NCBI RefSeq assembly: GCF_000281045.1
Contig: NW_008246127.1
Location: forward strand, 211,547-275,318
DNA: 63,772 nucleotides
Reading direction: 5' to 3'
Origin: Saprolegnia diclina VS20
Lineage: Eukaryota
Under the pieces are notes generated by a model. It ran no database searches. It had not been told where the DNA came from and saw only the letters and a program-made list of their open reading frames with translations. The translations under genes and the position numbers were made by a program. Of the stretch, positions 55,635-63,772 are shown piece after piece (positions within the stretch are counted from its first letter, which is position 1; the number at the start of each line of letters is the position of its first letter).

Positions 55635-57497
55635 CTACTCGTCCGATATCTCGGACGCCTTGCGCTTGAGACTGCGTTCGTAGAGCGCAATCAAAGTCGG
55701 GGACGTTCTCGGGTCCTGTGCAAGGAGCGCTGCGCACCGATAGCTCCGCGTCGTGTACGCGTGCACCGCGGTCGTATCCAAGTGCGCCGCCGTAACGCCA
55801 GGCTGGTCGACGAGCCAGTGAAGCATGTCGACATTGTCTGTCTCGGCCGCCGCCATCAAGGCCTTGGCCATTGCGCCTTCTCGGTGCGTCAAGAAGATCG
55901 AAATGAGGTCGGTTTGGCGACTGTGCACGGCGCCGCGGACCGTGTCGTCGTTGAAGCCGTCGTAGTTGTGCTCGTGGAAGAATCGAATCACGTCGTGATG
56001 GCCGGCGTTCGCTGCGTTGTAGATAAAGTGCGGCTGCCACCCTGGAATTTGGTGCTCGTGGGCAAACTGCGCAATGCTCATATGCCCAAAGTAGCTCACA
56101 CGGCTCCAGACGTCGGCCATGCCAAAGCCAGCCGCATGGTACACGGTGAGAACGTCGAGGTGGCCAAACTCGGCTGCGTGCTCAACGACACCACAATACG
56201 AGACCTTGACATGGAGCCCCAGCGTGTTCTTGGCACAGGCACACACTCGGCGACCGCGGCAGTTGAGCTCCACACGTCGCGACGGCACGAGAAGCTCGGG
56301 TCCGAGCGCGGTAAGAAGATTCTTGTCACCCAGCGCCATCGCGTAGGCAAAGAGGTGTGGCTGGCACAGCAGATGGAGTTGCCCGAGGTCGTGGCGCGCC
56401 AGCCACCGACCTAACGTCTCGTGGTAGACTGCAAAGGCACTGGCCACGGGCACCTGCCGGTCGTAGTTGCGGTAAAGTGCAAGGTCGCTGCAGAGCGCGT
56501 GCAAGGCGACGGTACTGTAGTCGAATCCGGCTTGGTATGCGACGATGATGGTCAAGAGGATGGGAGAGACGAGCACAGACGTGACGCGCTGCTCGTCAGC
56601 GTACCGGGCCATCGCGTCACGGATGCACTGAACGATCGCGTCCGACGCGCAGCAGTAAGCGGCCGTCGCCTTTGCCGTCGCCAAGAACGCCCAAGCTTCC
56701 GGCTGCGCGCAGAGCCAGCGAAGTATGCCGAGTCGACCACACTTGACGGCGTCCTGGAGCGCATGTCTCAACAGCACATTTGGTGAGCGACTGTGAGCGA
56801 GAAGATCTTGGAGGGTTGGTAGATGGTCGCGTGCGACAGCCAGCGTGAGCGTCTTCCGGTTGACACCGTTGTAGCCGCGATCGAGGAGATACTGCAGTAG
56901 CTCGAAATGACCGTTCTCTGCTGCGACGTTGATGCAGACGTCGTCCCACACACCAAGGTCGTGCGCAATGACGTACTCTGCAACGCCCACACGGCCGCCA
57001 GCGCACACCGCCGGCCAAATGTCGTTGGTGGCCAAACCCAATCCAACAAGGACGTCCAGCAGCTCGAGTTGGCCCATGGCCGCCGCTTGAGCGACGATTT
57101 TGCGACTGCGCATCTTCATGGCAGGACCAAGGTCCTCAACGGCGCGTGGGCACGCCTTGCAGCCTTGGGCGTCAAGCACGAGAAGCTCCTTGGTCCACAT
57201 CACCAGCTCGTGGTCGATGAGCCACTGGAGGAGAGTGACATTGCCGTTGCCAATCGCGTGCGCAAAGAGATGGGGCACGCAGAGCGAAGCGAGCCCGTCG
57301 ACGCCATGGGCCATGATCCACGAGCGCATGACCGTGGCATCGTCGGGGCGAGGCGGCTCGTCCGCGTAGCAGCCCAGCGCGATGGCACCGCAGCGCAGTG
57401 GGTTGCCGAGAGCCATCTTCGCCGCGCCGGCTTGGTAGATGCAGATGCGTGCGAGCATGCGTGGGGCGCGGAGGACCTGGGCGGCGACGCTCACCAT
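55635..57497 (-). CDS. Ankyrin-repeat-like protein, two-fold internal repeat, C-terminal basic motif
   Basis: MVSVAAQVLRAPRMLARICIYQAG; AAENGHFELLQYL, AAEFGHLDVL, AANAGHHDVIRFFHEH; ends LKRKASEISDE. Confidence 0.85.
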   Translation of the reverse strand: MVSVAAQVLRAPRMLARICIYQAGAAKMALGNPLRCGAIALGCYADEPPRPDDATVMRSWIMAHGVDGLASLCVPHLFAHAIGNGNVTLLQWLIDHELVMWTKELLVLDAQGCKACPRAVEDLGPAMKMRSRKIVAQAAAMGQLELLDVLVGLGLATNDIWPAVCAGGRVGVAEYVIAHDLGVWDDVCINVAAENGHFELLQYLLDRGYNGVNRKTLTLAVARDHLPTLQDLLAHSRSPNVLLRHALQDAVKCGRLGILRWLCAQPEAWAFLATAKATAAYCCASDAIVQCIRDAMARYADEQRVTSVLVSPILLTIIVAYQAGFDYSTVALHALCSDLALYRNYDRQVPVASAFAVYHETLGRWLARHDLGQLHLLCQPHLFAYAMALGDKNLLTALGPELLVPSRRVELNCRGRRVCACAKNTLGLHVKVSYCGVVEHAAEFGHLDVLTVYHAAGFGMADVWSRVSYFGHMSIAQFAHEHQIPGWQPHFIYNAANAGHHDVIRFFHEHNYDGFNDDTVRGAVHSRQTDLISIFLTHREGAMAKALMAAAETDNVDMLHWLVDQPGVTAAHLDTTAVHAYTTRSYRCAALLAQDPRTSPTLIALYERSLKRKASEISDE

Positions 57498-58105
57498 GCT
57501 GAATTCCGGATTAACCGGATATACGTCCGGATCGGAGCTATTTCCAAAAAGAGGGAAATGGCAATTCGATATTGGACGGACTGGGCACAGTTGACTCCAA
57601 AGAAGGTTGGGGAATCCGAGGTCGTGACGACTTTGACACACGTGGAGCGTTGCACTTCCATGTTGTCAGTGAGCCTTGCAGCGAGGGTTCTGCTGTCCTA
57701 GGACAGGATTGGCTAAAATAAGGGCGACTTCACACCAATTGACTGCGCGATTTTTGAATGTAACCAATCACGTGGACGCTCAAAGTGGGCCAATCACCGA
57801 TCAGGCGCGAACACCAGAAAGCGATCTTCGTTTAATCCGCCCTTCCAACGTACTGACAGCTGATACCTTGACCGAAGCAAGGTCTCGTCATTTGGGAAGA
57901 GCACCATGTCCTTCGCAGTCACGTGCTTGTGTACGAAACGAACTGCTGCGGAATATACGAGCGCGTCATGGCTCTACACGACGCAACGAGGTGTCATCCA
58001 TCAAGACGCAACCGAGTCGACGTGTCCAATGGGATCACAGGATTGTGAAGCAAGATTTATTCGTTTATACACACATACTAGAATGGGCTAGGACTAGCGC
58101 CGCGA

Positions 58106-60828
58106 TTAAAGTGTTGCGCGAATCTGCTGTCGAATCGTATGCGCAACTTCGAGCGCCGTCGGGCGGGCTTCAGGTGACCATGCGATGCAGGCGTCGGCGA
58201 CGTGGCGCACCCACAGCGGCAGTTGCGTTCCGAACGACGGTCGGATCGACCCCGTCATGACGCGCCCCATGATTGCGGTATCGACGAGCGGATGCCCTAA
58301 TCATCATCATTCTCTCAGCCTCCATTGCCAAACCTAAGACTGCTGTACCACTCGTGTTGCGCTGGTCCGAGTACGGGATCTCGTGCGTGCTGAGCTCCGA
58401 GAGAACGACGCCGAACGAGTAAATATCGGCAGCCGTCGAGTATTGAATGTCGAGAAGAATCTCGGGCGCCTACAAAAAAATGTCCTTGTCAGCTTTTTCA
58501 TGTTTTTCAAAAAGGACAACCATCCAGCGGTACGTGCCGACACCAAACGTCATCGTGTCGGTCGTGGTCTCGCGCGACGTGCCAAAATCCGTGATTTTGG
58601 TGCCCTAAAATGATGCGAATTTCTAAAATCCAATAAAATCTATCAAAGTGTACCTTGGTCGAGTCCAAGAGCACATTTCGGGACTTGAAGTCGCGATGGA
58701 TTATGTCGAGCGAGTGCAAGTACGCGAGGCCTTCCGCCATGCTCAGCATGCACGCCATTTTTTCGTCCCACGAAAAACCGCGCGCGTCGCCGTCGGGCGT
58801 TGGGGGGGCCGTCGCTTGAAGGACCCCCCGCAGGTCGCCTCGGTCCATCCACTCGAGCACCATTTGCAGCTCAAAAGGGACGCGCCAGCTCGCACCCATG
58901 GTTGCGACAATGTACGGACTTGACATCCTGTACAAACATGACAAGTTGTTGTCGAACAACTGAAACTGGCCGTCGAAGTATACCGTGAGGCGAGAAGAAT
59001 CTCGTTGGCAAACTGTTCAACCGCAGAGCGCGAATTTTTGCCCGGCAAGAGGCCCTTGATCGCCACGGCATGTCCTAGAGCCAAACGTCGCCTCACGGAT
59101 CGTAGCAAGGGGCAGCGTACCTTGATACGTCCCCCGCCACACTTGGCCGTACGCGCCTTCGGCTACACACGCGATGGGCAGCAGCAACGAGCTCTCGAGC
59201 CGCAGCATTGCGAGGTCCTATGTTTCAATGTCGCTTGGAAAGCAATGCGCCTGCGTACATCAAAGTTGGCGGGCGGACACCCCGACGGCCGGGACTCGGC
59301 GGTCGCCGTGCCCCCCTCGTAGGGGTGTGAGCTCTCGTGTGGCTTGCTTGTGGTCATCGGGCTGCTACGATTGAAACATTAGAATCTAAGCACTGACGAT
59401 CGATGTCTAGTTCAGGAGCAAGAACGTACCTTGGACGACGTCGGCGGCAGAAGAAATACAACCCGATGCCCAAGATGAGGATGACGGCACCGGCCGCAAT
59501 GCCCGCGATCGCGACGCCACTGAGGCCGGACGCTGCAGCCACGACACTGTCCGTCGTTGGTGGGGCCATGGATGTCGGCCGATATGCGCTGGTTGTGGGC
59601 ACGCTGGACGGGGTTGGTGGCGGCAACATCTTGCCTAGTTAACTCGTGTCAGACGCACAGAATAGGCATCAGAGTGGACCTGGGGCAACGCAGACAAAGC
59701 GCGCTGCGGCCGTAAAAATCTCGGGGCCGTTGGGGACAAGCGGCATGATGCGATTGGGCACCTTGCATGTGGCCGTGATGTCGAGAGCGCCCATAAAGTA
59801 CACGGCATGGCTCTCGTTGCGAAGTACGTCGTACGTCCCGGGGTCCACGGTGAAGGTCGTCAAGTTGGCTTTGCCAAAATTGCTAATGTCGACACGCACA
59901 GTTATTGTTGTTGCTAGACAAAGGCATTTCATCAGCGTACAGTTGTTGGAGGCCTTCGCCAAAGGTCACGTTGTACAATGCCGTGAGCGGATTGAGTTCA
60001 AAATTCCTATCGAGTGTGTGTTGCTGTTGGGTGCCAGAGCATTCGCAGTACGACGTACACAAACCAAAGGGTGCTCATGTCGAGATGCTGCACGTTCGTG
60101 AGGCTGGTGTTACTCAGCGTACTAACATGACGTGTTGAGACAAAAAGCTCCAATACTTTTTGTGTACGTACAGCCAGTGGAGGTTTTTGGGAAGGGGGGT
60201 CGCTGGAAACGCCACAATCTGCGTGTTTTCAACAGTCCTGCAATGGTACCATAACGGTGAGCGCCTTTCTCTCTCTCCACAGAAGGAGATACATGATCTC
60301 GAGTGTTGTTGGCCACACCACGCGCGAGAGATCGAGCGGCGTCTCATTGTCGAGAATCTCCCTAACACGCAAAATATTGACATTTTGCTGAGCAAAAATG
60401 ACTTACAAGCCATTGACGTTGGACGTCGTCGAGAGGTCGCCCACCGAGCGAGTGTAGGTGTTGAAGAAACGTCTGGAAGGCTCAGTAAGCTCAAGTCAAG
60501 GCTTGCGATGTCGTACATTTTGAGTCCCACGAACGCGTTGGGCAAATCGGCCACATGCGACACGACGAGATCTAGTACATTCGTCGCTCGTTGGACCGAG
60601 ATTTTGGTTCAGGTTTTCAGTCGGACCTCGCACAACGAGTCTTGATTGTTTCGCTTTGTCGACGACAAAGTCCTTGGTCGTGAACGCCTTCAGCGTCTAG
60701 ATGCGACTCTGTATAAAGATACGAGCAAGAGAGGGAGCTACCTTGCACGCACTGTCGACGATGCAGTAGGCGCCGTCTTGGCACTCGCGCGTCGCCGTCG
60801 AGACGTACGCGCTGTAGGGGCAGGCCAT
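58106..60828 (-). CDS. TKL-family receptor-like protein kinase (Cys/Leu-rich ectodomain, Ser/Thr stalk, TM, kinase); multi-exon
   Basis: TM IAGIAAGAVILILGIGLYFFCRRRR; AEGAYGQVW, VAIK, IIHRDFKSRNVLL, KITDFG, GVGTYRWM|APE, DIYSFGVVLSEL, PEARPTA. Stop TAA at 58106. N-terminal exon MACPY...CIVDSACK; ectodomain exon boundaries are approximate. Confidence 0.85.
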
Positions 60829-61726
60829 GTCACCACGGCAATGTACTTTGCGAAAAGTGTTTTTGCCGAATAAAAAGACTGACGCGACTGAAAAGACAGG
60901 ATCACGCCGGACCAGATGGTGACGATGCGACCACGAAAGAGACAATGCATCGTGAACCCAAGACCTATTACTCATGGACTGGTATCTTTGGATCTGCCAG
61001 CGCAAATGAACGAGCATGAAGATCATACTACATGTATGACCTTCATGGGGCTGTTTGGATTTGACCATCAAATGGACGACGCTCGATTGCTTTTGACGGC
61101 AAAAGTAAATTTTATGGCCTTGTACCACGGTACAGTCCCCCCTCGCGTGAGGTGGGGGTGCACCCCACGGGTCCTACTTAGTGGGTCCTACTATTTGGTG
61201 ATGACGTGCAGCGTCGACGCGGCGCGGCTTCCGACCCAACCTTGGGAGGAATGAAAGGACACTGGTGTCGTAATGCCATCTACAACCGGCGCGTTGCGAC
61301 TTCAAGAACCGGGAGCGCGCGTACTGTATGTACATGCATTTATTTCTGCACAGGTATGGTCGTCGGGTCCGCCGAGCCGAAAGGTATCGTATCGAGCTTT
61401 GTCGATGCGCCATACGCAGCAACTATTATAGTAGACGTTGCCTGTTGTGCTCACCACCTAGAAACATGAGGGCGTTTCCATATGTTTGATTTGCATGTGG
61501 AAAACCAGCCAATGCGATGGCGGCTTCACGCGAGGAGCCAATCACATGTACGCATTGCACTTTTGTTGGCCAATGGAATCGCTCATGACGATTGCAAAGA
61601 TACGCCTTGCGTTTTCCACATATAATTCGTTCGATGGGGATAGCTCCACTGCGAACTAGTAGTTGAGTTTTGACACGACTAGATTGACTTGAGTACAGTA
61701 CTCTCCACTGAAATGACACCTAAATC

Positions 61727-63586
61727 CTACATCATCGCTGACGCCTTGCGCTTGCGGGCGCGGGCGTAGAGACTCATCGTGGCCGGCGTTGTGCGTGGGT
61801 CGTTTGCAAGGAGCGCGGCACATTGAGAACTTTGTGAAATGTACGCGCGTCCTGCGGTCCAAACCACGTGCGACGCGGCACCGGGCTGGTCGATGAGCCA
61901 TCGGAGCATCGGGACGTTGTCCTTGTCGACTGCAATCATCATGGCCTTGTGCAGCATGTCTTCGGTCGGTCGATGCGCCACGAGAAACTGCACGAGCGCC
62001 AAATTGCCACTGTACACGGCACCACAAATCGTGTCGTCGTCAAAGCCGTCGTAGTTGTGCTCGTGGTAGAATTGCACCACGTCGAGGTGGCCACTCGCCG
62101 CTGTCGTGTACACAAAGTTACGTTGCCACCCTGGCAGTTGGTGCTCGTGGGCAAACTGCGCAATGTTCAAATGGCCAAAGAAGCTAACACGGTGCCACAC
62201 GTTCTCCATGCTAAAGCCAGCAGCGTGCAGCATGGCGAGGAGATCGACGTGACCCGACTCGGCAGCGTGCATGACGACCGTCGAGTACGCGATCTTGCGG
62301 TGGTCGAGTTGGTCCTTGGCATAGCCACACATGCGATGGTGACGACAGCTGAGCTCGACACGTCGCTGGGACGATAGCAATTGTGGTCCGAGTGCCTGGA
62401 GGACCTCGGCGTTGCCGTACGCCATTGCAAACGCAAAGAGGTGGGGTACGCAGAGGTCACGAAGCTGCGAGAGGCCATGCCGAGCGCGCCAATGACCAAA
62501 CCGCTCATGGTACGCCCCGTACATACACGACGCGGGCGATTCGCGATCGTAGTTGCGGTAGAGAGCAAGCCCTCTCGAGCAGAGCTCGTGTAAGTCGAAC
62601 GTGCGGCCGTCAAGGCCATCTTGGTACGAGGCAATGGTCGGAAAGAGGCTCGTGGAGACGAGCACCGAGCACATGCACATGTCGAGAGCGTGTTGGGATA
62701 TAGCGTCGCAGAGACATTGGCGGATGGCGGCAGGTGCGCAGAAGTACTCTGCCAGCGCATTCGTCGCCTTCAGAAAAGCCTGCGCTGCCGGCTGCCGGCA
62801 GAGCCAACGAAGCAGATTGAGGCGGCGATACTCGACGGCGCCCCGCAGCGCATCCGCAAAAAAGAGTCGCGTTCGGCGGTCTTGCGCGAGGAGGACTTGG
62901 ACTGTCTCGAGCTGGTCGTGTTGGACAGCAAGCGCAAGCGTCCGCCGGTCGACGCCCGTGTAGCCGAGGCGGAGGAAATACCGCACCAGCGCAAAATGGC
63001 CGTTCGCAGCCGCAACGTTGATGCATGCGTCATCCCATGCGTCGAGGGCGTTGGCGACGACGTACTTGGCGATGCGACGATCCCCGCCCGCGCAGACAGC
63101 CTTCCAGATGCCAGCCACAGACATGCCATTTTCGTAGAGGAGCTGCAACATCGCGACGTGACCTTTCTCTGTCGCGTGGGCGACGCAGCCGAGCGCACGC
63201 ATCGTCGTCGCAGCGCCAAGGTCCTTTCTGGCGCCAAGGCACATGTTGCAGTCGTGGGTGTGGAGCAGCAGGAGCTCCTTCGTCCATGTCACGTAGCCTT
63301 GGACAACGAGCCAGTCAAGGACCTGCGCATCGCCACACGAGAGCGCATAGGCAAAGAGATGGGGCACGCAGAGCGAAGCGAGCCCGTCGATCCCATGGAC
63401 CGCGATCCACGAGCGCATGGTCGTGGCGTCGTCGGGGTGAGGTGGCTCGTCCGTGTAGCTGGTCAGCGAGACGGCGCCGCAGCGCAGTGGGCTGCTGAGC
63501 GTCATCTTACCCGCGCTGGCTTGGTAGACGCAGATGCGTCGAAGCATACGTGGCGCGCGGAGGACGTGGCCGGCGACGCTGTCCAT
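61727..63586 (-). CDS. Ankyrin-repeat-like protein, paralog of 55635-57497
   Basis: 619-aa ORF; VLRAPRMLRRICVYQAS, AAANGHFALVRYF, AAESGHVDLL, AASGHLDVVQFYHEH; ends RKRKASAMM. Confidence 0.87.
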   Translation of the reverse strand: MDSVAGHVLRAPRMLRRICVYQASAGKMTLSSPLRCGAVSLTSYTDEPPHPDDATTMRSWIAVHGIDGLASLCVPHLFAYALSCGDAQVLDWLVVQGYVTWTKELLLLHTHDCNMCLGARKDLGAATTMRALGCVAHATEKGHVAMLQLLYENGMSVAGIWKAVCAGGDRRIAKYVVANALDAWDDACINVAAANGHFALVRYFLRLGYTGVDRRTLALAVQHDQLETVQVLLAQDRRTRLFFADALRGAVEYRRLNLLRWLCRQPAAQAFLKATNALAEYFCAPAAIRQCLCDAISQHALDMCMCSVLVSTSLFPTIASYQDGLDGRTFDLHELCSRGLALYRNYDRESPASCMYGAYHERFGHWRARHGLSQLRDLCVPHLFAFAMAYGNAEVLQALGPQLLSSQRRVELSCRHHRMCGYAKDQLDHRKIAYSTVVMHAAESGHVDLLAMLHAAGFSMENVWHRVSFFGHLNIAQFAHEHQLPGWQRNFVYTTAASGHLDVVQFYHEHNYDGFDDDTICGAVYSGNLALVQFLVAHRPTEDMLHKAMMIAVDKDNVPMLRWLIDQPGAASHVVWTAGRAYISQSSQCAALLANDPRTTPATMSLYARARKRKASAMM

Positions 63587-63772
63587 GCTGCTTCCTCTTC
63601 TTGCGTCCGATCAGCAAATGAAATGAACGGAGATTCAGCCGGATATTCTCATGTATCCGGATATGGTTTGACATTGCATCGGATTAATAGCCAATCACGT
63701 GCGGGTAAGAAGGACACAGCCAATCCAATGCACGCATCACATGCAAAATGCGTCCAATGCAATTGCGTTGTG

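Noticed and set aside
53532..56414. 411-aa and 402-aa plus-strand ORFs
   Set aside because: Antisense to the ankyrin-like paralogs.

Overview
This is a gene-dense eukaryotic genomic window with high GC at third codon positions and short GT-AG introns of about 40-60 nt. The gene families point to an oomycete of the Saprolegniales (Saprolegnia/Achlya-like); that assignment is an inference. Left to right it holds: a >1700-codon two-fold-repeated membrane protein that runs off the left edge and is absent from the ORF track; an M96-like coiled-coil protein; three plasmepsin V-like A1 aspartyl proteases; a Cys/His-motif hypothetical protein; two tandem SGT1/GT96-like glycosyltransferases; adenosine deaminase; a metacaspase with a premature TAG; ankyrin pseudogene fragments; APC5; a four-BED-finger duplicated-module protein; ALAD; PAC3; a TRF4-like nucleotidyltransferase; and a WHEP-containing TrpRS. 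Next comes a five-member ARF GTPase array (one canonical, three lacking the catalytic Gln, one pseudogene), interrupted by a (GATA)22 tract, an assembly gap and a 191-bp-arm inverted repeat. The right end has eIF4G with N-terminal PAM2-like motifs, a four-copy ankyrin-like array and a TKL receptor-like kinase. The most striking signal is that all five ARF copies carry the same fixed-spacing upstream element, ATTGG-N11-TGACGTGGC, with divergent spacers. No rRNA, tRNA, CRISPR array or intact transposase was recognised. All family assignments come from motif recognition by eye; no database search was run.
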